Positions 28,546 through 38,603 of a stretch of 64,000 nucleotides of DNA are shown here, piece after piece. The notes beneath the pieces are model-generated. The model worked only from the letters and a program-made list of their open reading frames with translations, did no database searches and was not told the origin of the DNA. The translations under genes were made by a program, and so were the position numbers. The stretch lies in IMG/VR virus record IMGVR_UViG_2651869821_000001; one strand, given 5' to 3'. How positions within the stretch are numbered: the first letter of the stretch is position 1; the number at the start of each line of letters is the position of its first letter. The stretch comes from a virus (taxonomy: Duplodnaviria; Heunggongvirae; Uroviricota; Caudoviricetes).

Positions 28546-29619
28546 ATGGCAAAAGGAAAATCCGCTCTCTCTCTAGCGCTTAAAAAGAAAATCGGCAGCA
28601 ACGACGAGATCCAGAAGGTTTCCCACTGGATTGATTCAGGATTCCCTCCACTGAATAAAGCCATTTCAGGGCGATATGACGGTGGATTCCCGTCTGGACG
28701 TATCGTGGAGATATTCGGGCCACCAAGCGCCGGCAAAACGTTTCTGGCAACGGCAGCGATGATCTCTGCGCAAAGACAAGAAGGTCTGGCTGTGTTCCTC
28801 GATCACGAAAACAGCTTTGACGTTGGTCTGGCAGTGGCGAACGGCTTGAATGCCGACGAAGACGACGGTCAGTGGGTTTACAAACAACCTGACACTTTTG
28901 AAGAATCAGTTGAGTTGATCGGCACTATTCTCAAACTGGTACGCGACGAAGAACTTATTCCTAAAGATGCTCCAATCTGCATCGTAGCAGACTCACTGGC
29001 ATCAATGGTGCCTAATTCAAAAGCCGAAAAGTTCATTAAGATGGCAGATGGTACGGCGAAAGATAAAGACCAACTGAATATGAACGATAACACGGCGCTG
29101 GCGCGCGCGACGAGCGCCAACTTCCCTACGCTGGCATTGTGGGCGCGTAAATACAATGCGTGCATCATCTTCTTGAATCAGGTACGCACGAAAATCGGGG
29201 TTATGTTTGGCGACCCGACCACCTCACCAGGTGGCGACTCACCAAAGTTCTACGCATCGGTACGTATTCGTCTGGGTGCATCCGTTATGAAGGATGGGAA
29301 AGAGAAAGTTGGTCAGGACGTTGGCGCCGAATGCATTAAAAACAAAGTTGCGCCTCCGTTTGGCAAGTGCTCATGGAAATTCTACTTCGACCCGACCCGC
29401 GGGCTGGACGTCATCGAATCTCTGGTTGAGTACATGTTGGAGGAAGGATACCTGCCCAAGAACGCCAGCGGGCGCGTAGAAATTGGCGATAAGAAATACA
29501 CGAAATCGCAGATCGTAGAGATGTACCGCGATAAGCCACTTCCAGAAATCATAGCGGCGCTTCAAGCAGTCGATGAGCGACGGGGAAAGGAGTCATCGCC
29601 AGCCGAGGTTGAAGAATAA
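28546..29619 (+). CDS. RecA-family recombinase (RecA/UvsX-like)
   Basis: GRIVEIFGPPSAGKTFLA Walker A in RecA context, LAVFLDHEN, 357 aa. Confidence 0.75.
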   Translation: MAKGKSALSLALKKKIGSNDEIQKVSHWIDSGFPPLNKAISGRYDGGFPSGRIVEIFGPPSAGKTFLATAAMISAQRQEGLAVFLDHENSFDVGLAVANGLNADEDDGQWVYKQPDTFEESVELIGTILKLVRDEELIPKDAPICIVADSLASMVPNSKAEKFIKMADGTAKDKDQLNMNDNTALARATSANFPTLALWARKYNACIIFLNQVRTKIGVMFGDPTTSPGGDSPKFYASVRIRLGASVMKDGKEKVGQDVGAECIKNKVAPPFGKCSWKFYFDPTRGLDVIESLVEYMLEEGYLPKNASGRVEIGDKKYTKSQIVEMYRDKPLPEIIAALQAVDERRGKESSPAEVEE

Positions 29620-29623
29620 GAAC

Positions 29624-29649
29624 AAGGCGTCCATTGGGCGCCTTTTTTA
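29624..29649 (+). terminator. Terminator-like hairpin
   Basis: AAGGCGTCC-ATTG-GGCGCCTT followed by TTTTAT. Confidence 0.55.
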
Positions 29650-29710
29650 TCACTTGAAAATATATAAGTACTTACTTATCATGCAGGAAACAAACAACTA
29701 AAGGAAACAC

Positions 29711-29914
29711 ATGATTAAAGGGTATCTCATGGCGGTATTGACTGTAGTATCAGTCTCTATTGTGTACGGATTACTTGTTCCGTCGCTGATTTCAGCCAAA
29801 AGTGATTTGGCTTTATTAATCGGCTTTTCCACAGCATTTGGCTTCCCTGTTGTCGGCTTCATCGTAGGACGTCGTTACATCAACACACTAAAAAAATCGA
29901 AGGAAAATAAGTAA
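29711..29914 (+). CDS. Small two-TM membrane protein
   Basis: 67 aa, almost entirely hydrophobic; ATGA-type coupling to the downstream SPFH gene. Confidence 0.4.
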   Translation: MIKGYLMAVLTVVSVSIVYGLLVPSLISAKSDLALLIGFSTAFGFPVVGFIVGRRYINTLKKSKENK

Positions 29915-30744
29915 TGAAGAAAGGTTTATTGGCGGTAGTTCTGGCAGCCATTTGTACAATTGGCCTTAGCGGTTGTGATCGCGTAGAGCCAGGTTACGTG
30001 GGTATTAAAGTCAACAAGCTAGGCGAAGATAAGGGGATCGGGGAAGTTGTTGGTGTCGGTCGTCAGTGGACTGGTTTAAATACCGAGCTGTATGTATTTC
30101 CTACTTTTAAACAGATGAAAACCTATGATGAACCGTTCACTTTCCAGATGAGTGACGGTACTGCAATCGGTCACAAAATTGGTGTGGCTTATCTGGTCAA
30201 CCGAGACAAGGTCACCACCGTTTTCCAGACTTACCGTAAGGGTGTGGATGATATTACAGATACGGATCTACGCCAGAAAATTGCAGACTCTTTAAATCGT
30301 CTGGCCAGCCGCATGACGACAGACGCCTTCATCGACGGCGGAAAAGCGGCTCTGCTCGACAATGCGCTGAAAGATATTCAAAAAGAAATGACCCCGGTAG
30401 GCATAGAGGTCTTAAGCCTGTCATGGGTAGGTAAACCAGACTATCCGGATACGGTCATTGAGTCCATCAATGCCAAAGTAACCGCGAACCAGAAAACACT
30501 CCAGCGTCAGCAGGAGGTTGAGCAGCGTAAAGCTGAAGCCAACATGCTACGTGAACAGGCTAATGGTGAAGCGGATGCTATCCGCGCTCGTGCAGAAGCA
30601 GAAGCGGACGCTATTAAACTGCGAGGGGAAGCGCTTAGACAAAACCCTAATGTTATGGAACTTGAAGCCATTAACAAATGGAATGGTCAGCTACCTCAGT
30701 ATATGACTCAAGGGGCAAATACTCCTTTTATAACAGTGAAATAA
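29914..30744 (+). CDS. SPFH/band-7 (prohibitin-like) lipoprotein
   Basis: Lipobox LSGC at residues 18 to 21, SPFH-like core, C-terminal Q/E/A/R-rich coiled coil (QRQQEVEQRKAEANMLREQANGEADAIRARAEAEADAIKLRGEAL). Confidence 0.65.
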   Translation: MKKGLLAVVLAAICTIGLSGCDRVEPGYVGIKVNKLGEDKGIGEVVGVGRQWTGLNTELYVFPTFKQMKTYDEPFTFQMSDGTAIGHKIGVAYLVNRDKVTTVFQTYRKGVDDITDTDLRQKIADSLNRLASRMTTDAFIDGGKAALLDNALKDIQKEMTPVGIEVLSLSWVGKPDYPDTVIESINAKVTANQKTLQRQQEVEQRKAEANMLREQANGEADAIRARAEAEADAIKLRGEALRQNPNVMELEAINKWNGQLPQYMTQGANTPFITVK

Positions 30745-30756
30745 AAACATCAGATT

Positions 30757-30790
30757 ATTACGGCGTCGAGTTGGACGCCGTAATTTTTTA
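30757..30790 (+). terminator. Rho-independent terminator
   Basis: TTACGGCGTC-GAGTTG-GACGCCGTAA followed by TTTTTT. Confidence 0.8.
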
Positions 30791-30839
30791 GTTATTATCT
30801 AAATTAAGAAAACAAATTATTTAGAAGGATGATTAATTT

Positions 30840-31664
30840 ATGCCTAACCATGTAACTAATGAGATCCGCGTTGTTGGTGGAACCAATAAGCAACGCCTTG
30901 CTTTCATACGAGCCATTACCAATAAATTCGGACTCATTGACTTTAACAACATTTGCAAACGCCCAAAAAGTATGGACATCGAAGAAAGCGGTGCCGTTGA
31001 AGCAATGGCGACAGCCATTGCTGGATATCCTATGAGTAATTTCTATTTTGGCGAAGTCAAAACGCCAAAAGAAGTTGAACTCGATCTGATTCAACGTGGA
31101 ACCACTCAGAAATATCTCCGTAAGATAAAGGCCCACGCACTGCTTCGCATTGAGAATAAGCGTCGTTACGGTTTTTATTCATGGTACGACTGGTCACGAG
31201 CTAATTGGGGAACCAAGTGGAATGCGTATAGCGTAGAAATGCCTATAAAACGCGTCAAACAACGAATCAAGTACGGACACGAACACCGCAAAACTCATGT
31301 TCGAGCATATGCAAAGCGCCTGTTTAAAAAACGTTTGGCGAGACACGCTATAAGTGGTGGTGATTTGGTTATTCGTTTCGATACAGCCTGGAATTGTCCT
31401 GAACCAGTTTATCACGTACTGGCAAGTCGCTTCCCTCATCTAGAATTCATCGTTCATTACGCTGACGAGGATATAGGTAGTAACTGCGGCTCTATTGTTC
31501 TTCGTGGAGGCAAATTGGATTCCGAAGATATTGCGCCACCATATAGCGAACAATCACCAGAAGAAAAATTGAAATGGCGAAAATTCGCCTTTGAATTGTG
31601 TCACCCTGGAGCTACACCACAAGAATACAACATGGATGAAAATTATGAATATTTGAATGAGTAA
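30840..31664 (+). CDS. Hypothetical protein with Trp-rich motifs
   Basis: 274 aa; YSWYDWSRANWGTKWNA and RFDTAWNCPEP motifs. Confidence 0.5.
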   Translation: MPNHVTNEIRVVGGTNKQRLAFIRAITNKFGLIDFNNICKRPKSMDIEESGAVEAMATAIAGYPMSNFYFGEVKTPKEVELDLIQRGTTQKYLRKIKAHALLRIENKRRYGFYSWYDWSRANWGTKWNAYSVEMPIKRVKQRIKYGHEHRKTHVRAYAKRLFKKRLARHAISGGDLVIRFDTAWNCPEPVYHVLASRFPHLEFIVHYADEDIGSNCGSIVLRGGKLDSEDIAPPYSEQSPEEKLKWRKFAFELCHPGATPQEYNMDENYEYLNE

Positions 31665-31721
31665 TTTCATACATAAAAATATGAAGTAACTATAACCGTT
31701 AATGATATTTCAAAACGTTTA

Positions 31722-32474
31722 TTGAACCAAGAGAGTGATATGAACAATCGTAAAAGTGAAGCTCCGGTAACAACAATTAACAAACACGGAGAAACCATCC
31801 AGTCACACCCAGCATTCGGTCTTGTTAAAACGAACCGTGTACACACCACAGGTATTCGTTTATTCGATTCTGAACTGGATCACCAGGAATACATTGAAAT
31901 CGGGATCTACGAGGCGGAGATGGTGATGTATCGCGAGCATCCTGCCCCACGAAGAAGCCCAGAAAGGCGCCGACCTGTCGTTGAATTTCGACTCAGCCAG
32001 GCACAATGGGCCGCAATGGTTAGCAGCTTCGGGGTTGGTGATGGTGTGCCCTGTACCATTTCTTACCGGAGTTTGGGGCAGGCAGAAAGGCTGCCAGGTA
32101 TTACGGAACAAAAAAGTGTTCGTGACAAGTTCAAATCGCAGATAGAGACCACAACAGCCAAAGAAATTGAGAAGATCAAAGACGAAGTTGCTCGTCTTGG
32201 CGACTTGGTTAAAAAGGGTAGAGCTGGCAAACGTGAACTTGAGGATGTCTACACATCGCTTCGTGCCGCTACTGTCAACCTTCCCTCTAATTTGTCATTC
32301 GCCACCAAGCTGATGCAAGAGTCGATGGATAAAATCGTCTCCTCTGGCAAGGCAGAAGTTGAAGCATATATCTCCGGCGCTGCGATGCGAGCAGGAATGA
32401 TTGAGCTGTGTGAAAGGCAAAATGATTTAGATATCAGTATACAAAAACTGTTAGATAAAGAGGATGGTCGATGA
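31722..32474 (+). CDS. Hypothetical protein
   Basis: 250-aa ORF in the main frame. Confidence 0.45.
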   Translation: MNQESDMNNRKSEAPVTTINKHGETIQSHPAFGLVKTNRVHTTGIRLFDSELDHQEYIEIGIYEAEMVMYREHPAPRRSPERRRPVVEFRLSQAQWAAMVSSFGVGDGVPCTISYRSLGQAERLPGITEQKSVRDKFKSQIETTTAKEIEKIKDEVARLGDLVKKGRAGKRELEDVYTSLRAATVNLPSNLSFATKLMQESMDKIVSSGKAEVEAYISGAAMRAGMIELCERQNDLDISIQKLLDKEDGR

Positions 32475-32842
32475 AAAACTACTCCGAAATGACAGACTTT
32501 GAGATCAATTGCCTCGTTGCAGAAGCTACTGGCCATCGACCGTTAATCTCCCAATACGGCTGGAAGGGTTCTCAGGAGGGGGATTACACAGCAGTAATTG
32601 CGATCGGCCCAAACGGAGCTGGGTCTTTCGACTGGTGCAACGATCCTGTCGATGCCTGTGACATCATTTTCAAAAATAGAATCGGCGTAATCCCAGCAAA
32701 ACAGCCAGATGAGTGGAGAGCAGCCCATAGAAGAGTAGACGACTCCACACCACAGCATTTAATTCAGAACACAAACCCTTTCAGGGCTGCAATGATTGTA
32801 TTTCTTTTAATGCAGGAGAAAAAAAGTGAAGAAACTGTATGA
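32471..32842 (+). CDS. Hypothetical protein
   Basis: ATGA overlap with the upstream gene; 123 aa. Confidence 0.4.
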   Translation: MKNYSEMTDFEINCLVAEATGHRPLISQYGWKGSQEGDYTAVIAIGPNGAGSFDWCNDPVDACDIIFKNRIGVIPAKQPDEWRAAHRRVDDSTPQHLIQNTNPFRAAMIVFLLMQEKKSEETV

Positions 32843-33236
32843 CGCGGCCAATGCTGCGCTGGATGTAGTGGATATCGAAATTGCCCAGGGTTTCCCGGAG
32901 CCAGAATGGGCGACGCAGCTGCGTGAAGCGATTGCGGAAATGAACGCACCGGAACAGTCAGAAGATGAAGCCGACTGGCAGCGTTTCGTCAGAATGTACG
33001 CGGAAGAGATTGGCCCGACGCCAACCGCAGAACAGGCCATGCTGCTCAAGTACTTCAAGGAGGCTGGAGACAATCTGCCGGTCGACGATACACCGCACTG
33101 GTTTCACGCCGCCTGGCGTAAGTTCGACGTGATCTACACCCGCGGTCTGGGAAATAAAGATATGGTCGTCTGGCATCTGATGCACATTGATAAGGCTGTC
33201 GACCGCACGCTGGAGAAGTTCTTTCCACCAGCCTGA
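32826..33236 (+). CDS. Hypothetical acidic protein
   Basis: 136-aa ORF, overlapping start with the upstream gene. Confidence 0.4.
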   Translation: MKKLYDAANAALDVVDIEIAQGFPEPEWATQLREAIAEMNAPEQSEDEADWQRFVRMYAEEIGPTPTAEQAMLLKYFKEAGDNLPVDDTPHWFHAAWRKFDVIYTRGLGNKDMVVWHLMHIDKAVDRTLEKFFPPA

Positions 33237-33304
33237 ACACAATGATTGTGCGCCGCATGGCGCACAATAATATAAATAAGTACTTACCAACAAGGAGAAA
33301 ACAC

Positions 33305-33580
33305 ATGAAGATTTTGGTTCGCATTTCAGCCAGCATTGACTATGACGCTTACCCGTTGTTCATGGTCAAGTGCGACGGGCTAAACGATGAAGAAATTCAA
33401 GCGGCAATTGAGCGCAATCTCGTTGAGTACACTGGAAAGGATGCAGATTCTGTGTATATCGATGATGACGGTGTTTGTTGGTACAACGGTAGTTTCTGGT
33501 ACGTCGAAGACAAGATGCCTGTAAGCGATGAGGACTCGGCTCATCTTGAGCGCATTTTAGGCATCAGCACTTTTGAGTGA
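33305..33580 (+). CDS. Hypothetical protein
   Basis: Start chosen at ATG 33305 with AAGGAGAAAA RBS (track ORF 33242..33580). Confidence 0.4.
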   Translation: MKILVRISASIDYDAYPLFMVKCDGLNDEEIQAAIERNLVEYTGKDADSVYIDDDGVCWYNGSFWYVEDKMPVSDEDSAHLERILGISTFE

Positions 33581-33627
33581 TATTTACAACAAAAAATGTA
33601 TAAGTTAGTATCTACCTATCATGAAAA

Positions 33628-33800
33628 TCATATTAGACACCTTGTTACTTATTGTCTCGATAGCTTTTGTGCTTGATTGCATCTTCACCGGAGCAATCCG
33701 TAAAGCGTTGGCGCCTGTTAATGGCGCAATGATTAATGCGCTGGCCGTAGTGCTGGTGTTCGACTCAGCATTCGGCGTTATCAAAGGAGCCGCGGCATGA
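33628..33800 (+). CDS. Small hydrophobic protein (57 aa)
   Basis: Not in the supplied track (under 60 aa); two hydrophobic segments; stop overlaps the start of the next gene. Confidence 0.3.
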
Positions 33801-34132
33801 AGAAAATAGCTCTGGTTCTTGCACTGCTCTCCCTCCCTGTCTATGCGGACATACATGTCTATGAGTGTGAAATGTCTGTGGCCGAAGTGAAAAACGACGT
33901 GATCCGAAACGTCGTCAAAGCTGACTACGGCGCGATGGTTGTGGACAGCGGTGAACAGTTTTATGTAGTGCGCGATGAGCGCGTTCTGTCTTCCCCCTTT
34001 CTCACTAAACGTAACGGCAAACTGTCTGGTGTGGGTGAAGATAATTTCGTTTACAACAAATCTGGTGATGTCTACGGCGTTCACGCGAAGAACGTCAGTT
34101 ACCTTTTCGATGACTGCAAGGAGGTTGGTTAA
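33797..34132 (+). CDS. Secreted small protein (signal peptide)
   Basis: MKKIALVLALLSLPVYA signal peptide. Confidence 0.45.
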   Translation: MKKIALVLALLSLPVYADIHVYECEMSVAEVKNDVIRNVVKADYGAMVVDSGEQFYVVRDERVLSSPFLTKRNGKLSGVGEDNFVYNKSGDVYGVHAKNVSYLFDDCKEVG

Positions 34133-34344
34133 TGGCAATTACACTAGCAGGTCTGGAAATAGAAAAGGCAAGCGGTTACTGGCGTGCAAAGGGATTCAAA
34201 CAACCAGACGCATTGGAACGTCTTGAGCGAGAGGATGGGGTCATTATTCATCAGCGTCGTGAGTGGCGCATGTATGACTCTGAATCAGGCAGACTCACTT
34301 CAAAAGCCCAAACACTCTGGGGTCTGTTGAAGAAAATACACTAA
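34132..34344 (+). CDS. Hypothetical small protein
   Basis: 70-aa ORF with ATGG overlap. Confidence 0.35.
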   Translation: MAITLAGLEIEKASGYWRAKGFKQPDALERLEREDGVIIHQRREWRMYDSESGRLTSKAQTLWGLLKKIH

Positions 34345-34395
34345 ATGTAAGCTGACTGCGATGAGCATCGCAGTCAATATCATGTAAAAAAGTAC

Positions 34396-34930
34396 CGCTG
34401 GCAGCATACACAGGAAGTTCTCGATAGATGTTCACCGCTGACAGCATACTAAAGTCGAATTTTAGATACGTATCTACCGTTGATAGCATACGCAAAGTTC
34501 GATGAAGACTATTTTCATCGGATTTTTAAATGTAAGCATGATCTGGTCAAAAATACCGCTGATAGCATATTACGGCTAAAAATGGGTCGCTATATACCGC
34601 TGGTAGCATATCCAAACGGAATATCACTCCTAAACTACCGCTGACAGCATACGTTAAACAAGATACATACAGATAGTTACATTCGCTGATACGAAAGCGT
34701 ATATCATCAGTGAAAGAATGTTAGTGAACACAAACATAGATGTGATGCGGTCTGTGAGGTTAGTAACCACTGGGTAATAGGTAGGAATAGATTGTGTGTG
34801 TTAAATTTCTACCGCTGACAGCATACTGAAATGTCAAAGTACCGCTGACAGCATATGTTTTACCGCTGGCAGCGTACTTTGGGCGTTAAACTACCGTTGA
34901 CAGCATACCTTTTGCCGTTGACAGCATATC
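34396..34930. repeat. Iteron array downstream of repA: about 11 copies of TACCGCTGACAGCATA in two clusters (incA-like)
   Basis: Copies at about 34396, 34430, 34469, 34552, 34595, 34635, 34810, 34841, 34860, 34890 and 34912, with 1 to 3 mismatches; both orientations are not seen (all direct). Confidence 0.85.
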
Positions 34931-36026
34931 AAAGCAGTTTAAGACTATTTGTGAGTATCTCTATCAGCTTGATGTTTTCCGGCGTCAGATTTTGCGACAG
35001 CTCGGTTATCTTATTGACAAGATTCTGTTTCGCATCGATTTCCCCTCTCTTTTCAGTCGGTTTGTCTAGCTCTCCGATGCCTTCTGGTTTCACGGAAGCG
35101 ACTTTTAGTTTCGGGTTGCGACTGTGGATCTGAATGTAGATCGAGCGTCCGCGCTTAATCTCGCTGTAGTCCAGATAACCAAGCTCTTTGAGAGATTTTA
35201 AGCCGTTGCGTATGGTCTGGTTCTGCGAACTGACGTTTCTACTACTCAGATTTAGTCGTGCTCGCAGACGAGCGAGAGAAACCGGTGCAGGTTTGGCTGG
35301 AAGACTTTCGATGAACGTATACAGCGCCTGTGCCGTTTCTTTGCGTGGAAGTTTATTAATGACCTTCAACTGGAGTAGAACCTTATGGTCGAAGCGATAC
35401 AGTTCTGCAAGCTTAGGTTCGGCATAAAAAACGACCGTGTCTTTCTGCTCGTTGTAGTCCACGCTATTGACGAGGTGAACCATCAGAAGTGAGATCTTAT
35501 TTGAGCCATCTACGTTCTTTTCTTCATATGTGCGCTGAAAAGACAATGTGGTACGCATAATTTTCAGGAGACTGTTTGTAAGTCTGTCCCGAAGAGTTTT
35601 TCTAATTTGTGACGATGGGTAGCCACAAAATTTTGCGAACTTAGTGATACTTAACTCAACACGCCCACTAGCCTCTCCGTATTCAGCCAGCGAACGTACA
35701 ACACCGACCCACGTTTTAAAATCATGATCCATATCCAAGCGCGGACCTGTTATCTTAATATCGGAGTAACCCTCTGAACGAGCAACTTCTAGCTGGACAA
35801 GCTCCTTTGAAGCATCAATCTCGTTTGGTCTGTTACGTTTGCTGTGTTTAGTCCCCTTTAACGTTGGAACGAACAGACCAAGCCTCATCAGGGCGATAGG
35901 CTGCACCGTGTTATTATTATTGGGTACAAGATCCCCTGTGTACAATTCGAGAGAATCTTCTTCAAAGTTGTCGAGGTTATCTTCTACTTCTTTGTTACTG
36001 TTGCCTTTTTTATTTTTTGTGGACAT
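34929..36026 (-). CDS. repA: Plasmid replication initiator (RepA-type, iteron-binding)
   Basis: Minus-strand ORF flanked by iterons on both sides (P1 oriR-like layout). The track ORF extends to 36173 across the upstream iterons; true start probably MSTKNKKGNS near 36026. Confidence 0.7.
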   Translation of the reverse strand: MSTKNKKGNSNKEVEDNLDNFEEDSLELYTGDLVPNNNNTVQPIALMRLGLFVPTLKGTKHSKRNRPNEIDASKELVQLEVARSEGYSDIKITGPRLDMDHDFKTWVGVVRSLAEYGEASGRVELSITKFAKFCGYPSSQIRKTLRDRLTNSLLKIMRTTLSFQRTYEEKNVDGSNKISLLMVHLVNSVDYNEQKDTVVFYAEPKLAELYRFDHKVLLQLKVINKLPRKETAQALYTFIESLPAKPAPVSLARLRARLNLSSRNVSSQNQTIRNGLKSLKELGYLDYSEIKRGRSIYIQIHSRNPKLKVASVKPEGIGELDKPTEKRGEIDAKQNLVNKITELSQNLTPENIKLIEILTNSLKLL

Positions 36027-36047
36027 GTGGATACCTTTCTCGTTCAA

Positions 36048-36150
36048 CCGCTGACAGCATACGTTATTTACCGCTGACAGCCTACAAAAAACAGACAACA
36101 GCATATTGCTTGCCGCTGACAGACTATCTTTTACCGCTGACAGCATACAC
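36048..36150. repeat. Iteron array upstream of repA (origin / incC-like), 4 to 5 copies
   Basis: AACCGCTGACAGCATACG, TACCGCTGACAGCCTACA, a partial copy, GCCGCTGACAGACTATC, TACCGCTGACAGCATACAC. Confidence 0.8.
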
Positions 36151-36338
36151 GAATGCTCTCTCAGACCAGTCACGGCGCGGCTTACAGCGATCGGGGATCT
36201 ATTAGGATCTATTTATGGATCTCTATAGGGATCTTATTATTAGGATCTATCCAGTGGATAATGTGGATAAGTAAAACAGGCATTTACGAAAATCTGTATA
36301 CCTTGTGCGGTATCGTATCCAAGACAATAACGAGCAGA

Positions 36339-36992
36339 ATGACAAACATGGATTTAAAACGCACGCGCTGGGTTCGCCGTCTTGAGGATGGTTCTTACAC
36401 CATCGAGTCGAACGGCACCCTTAACAAACAGAAATTACTCTGTGACCTTTGTGGTATCGCATCGAAATGCCCAATTAATGAGGCCCGCTTAAAGCTTCAT
36501 AATGCCGGCGCACACTTCCACCTTAACAGTTGCGTCAGATATGTTCCGCTGCTGACATTTCGCAAACCGATCATCGGATTAGACGCCCCCTACTTCAACA
36601 CGCTTCGTTCTGGTGTTACGTGGAAAGAAAGAGTTGAACCTGGCAAGCTCGTTTGTCTGGTCGAAGCTGAAAGAGGAAGTATCATCCGGTTCGGTAGAGT
36701 CGATAAAGTTTACTCCGGCCCGGTGGATGAGATGCTACGGAAACACAGCCGGTTTAACCATCTCTGCATGGGCGGAGAGAAGATCGAGAAGGTTGGCGAA
36801 GTGATCCGCAAATCCTACGGACATTTCCTGAATGATGATAGCCTTCTCACAGCCATATACATCCGCCATGTTGATCGGGAGTTCGATATGGAGTATCACA
36901 GTGCTGAAGAATTAGATCTTGTCGACTCTCGTCCAAAAGCTGGGGTAATTGATATCAACACAGCGCGTCAGAAGCCACTAGCAGAAAAATAA
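36339..36992 (+). CDS. Hypothetical protein
   Basis: Track ORF 36153..36992 begins inside the iterons; start more likely at ATG 36339 or 36348 (MTNMDLKRTRW). Confidence 0.45.
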   Translation: MTNMDLKRTRWVRRLEDGSYTIESNGTLNKQKLLCDLCGIASKCPINEARLKLHNAGAHFHLNSCVRYVPLLTFRKPIIGLDAPYFNTLRSGVTWKERVEPGKLVCLVEAERGSIIRFGRVDKVYSGPVDEMLRKHSRFNHLCMGGEKIEKVGEVIRKSYGHFLNDDSLLTAIYIRHVDREFDMEYHSAEELDLVDSRPKAGVIDINTARQKPLAEK

Positions 36993-37288
36993 GTGGTTTA
37001 GCGAGTATTTGCCCAAGTAAAAGTTAGCGCCCATTACAGTGGCGCTCTGGAGATTTAAAGATAGTCTCTGGTGACAATTCGACCACCTGTAACAGCAAAA
37101 TCTACGCCCCACTTCTCACAATGCTTATGCAGACAATACCTGCAACCTCATAAAATAAGTATGTAATTACTTATATTATTTGTCATAATCATATGCCTCT
37201 ACATTTCCTTTATCGTCTTGCTGTCTGGATTGTTCGCCTCACAAGCACGCATAAAATCTGTATCAAAATGAGCACGAAGGAAAAACAT

Positions 37289-38374
37289 ATGACTGTTCCA
37301 TACGGGGTAATTTCAGATCCCCATTATCATCGTTGGGATGCTTTTGCGACAACAAACGCTGACGGCTTGAACTCCAGACTGGAGATTCAACTCGACGCCA
37401 CCAAAGAAGCTGCGAAAGCCATGAAAGCGGCCGGTTGCAAGTACATGTTGGTGGCTGGCGATACGTTTCATGTTCGTGGCGCCGTATCGCCTTCTGTTCT
37501 GCATTTCGTCACGGAAACATACGAATGGATTATCAAAGAGCTTGGCCTCAAAGTAGCTATGTTGGCGGGCAATCACGACCTTGAAACAAATGACTCCGTT
37601 TACAGCGCTAACGCCGCGGCATCTTTGCGCTCGATTGGGGTGGAAATCGTCTGCGGCAAACGCCCCCATACCATCAAAATGGGCGATGTTTCAGTCCATA
37701 TGGTGAGCTGGCGAAACAACCACGCGGAACTGATTAGCGACCTGAAGACGCTGCGGTCTGGTCTGGACGACGGAAAGCATGACGTTGTAGTGCATACCTC
37801 GATCAACAAAGCCATTCCAACCATGCCTGATGTGGGCATAGACGCGCAAGAACTGAAAGACATTGGCTTTCGCCTGCTGCTGTCCGGGCATTACCACAAC
37901 CACAAAGAGGTGCTGCCTGGCGTCGTGAGTATCGGCGCTCTGACACACCAGAATTGGGGAGATGTAGGCTCGCTGGCTGGCTTCATGATTGTCAACCCTG
38001 ACGGCACATTCACCCACCACGAAACCTCCGCACCCAAGTTCGTGAACCTTGAGGACGATGTGGAAGACGATCAAATCCGCGGTAACTACGTGCGCTTCCG
38101 TGCCGTTGTTGAGAGCGATGAAGAAGGCATCAAACTCAAGAACGTCCTGAAAACAATGGGCGCGAAGGGAGTCGTCTGCAACTTCATCCGCAAGGCATCG
38201 ATGATGGAAGGCACTGCCAGTACTGCGGAGACCAGCAAAATAGACAGCCTGGGCGAGTCCGTCGCCGCGTACTGCAAGATCATTCACGACACTGACGGCG
38301 GCTTCGACCTGAGCAGGTTGGATATGCTGTGTCAGGAAATCCTGACAGAAGCGGAGAGTGCGGAGGCAGTGTGA
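37289..38374 (+). CDS. SbcD/Mre11-family nuclease
   Basis: Calcineurin-like phosphoesterase motifs GVISDPHYH, VAGDTFH, LAGNHD, VVHTS, SGHYH; start chosen at 37289 with AAGGAAAA RBS. Confidence 0.8.
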   Translation: MTVPYGVISDPHYHRWDAFATTNADGLNSRLEIQLDATKEAAKAMKAAGCKYMLVAGDTFHVRGAVSPSVLHFVTETYEWIIKELGLKVAMLAGNHDLETNDSVYSANAAASLRSIGVEIVCGKRPHTIKMGDVSVHMVSWRNNHAELISDLKTLRSGLDDGKHDVVVHTSINKAIPTMPDVGIDAQELKDIGFRLLLSGHYHNHKEVLPGVVSIGALTHQNWGDVGSLAGFMIVNPDGTFTHHETSAPKFVNLEDDVEDDQIRGNYVRFRAVVESDEEGIKLKNVLKTMGAKGVVCNFIRKASMMEGTASTAETSKIDSLGESVAAYCKIIHDTDGGFDLSRLDMLCQEILTEAESAEAV

Positions 38375-38603
38375 ATACGACCAATTCTGGAAGATTTCGG
38401 GACTTCATCTCCACGATGAGAAGACTTGAACGAGGTCAGACGGTCATGTTCCACAAACCTTATCCTCCAACCGGTAACCCCGTAGCATTTTATCTTGGGC
38501 GACTTTCTGACGTCGGTGTTTTGAATCGTAGATCATTTCCGGCTCATACGGAGTTCAGACTAAGAAGCGGTCAGGAACTGACATACAAAATTAGAGGAGT
38601 CGT

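Noticed and set aside
34396-36150. Possibility that the TACCGCTGACAGCATA repeats are a CRISPR array
   Set aside because: Repeats are only 16 to 19 bp and imperfect, spacers are irregular (3 to 60 bp), they flank a rep gene on both sides, and no cas genes are present. The pattern fits plasmid iterons.
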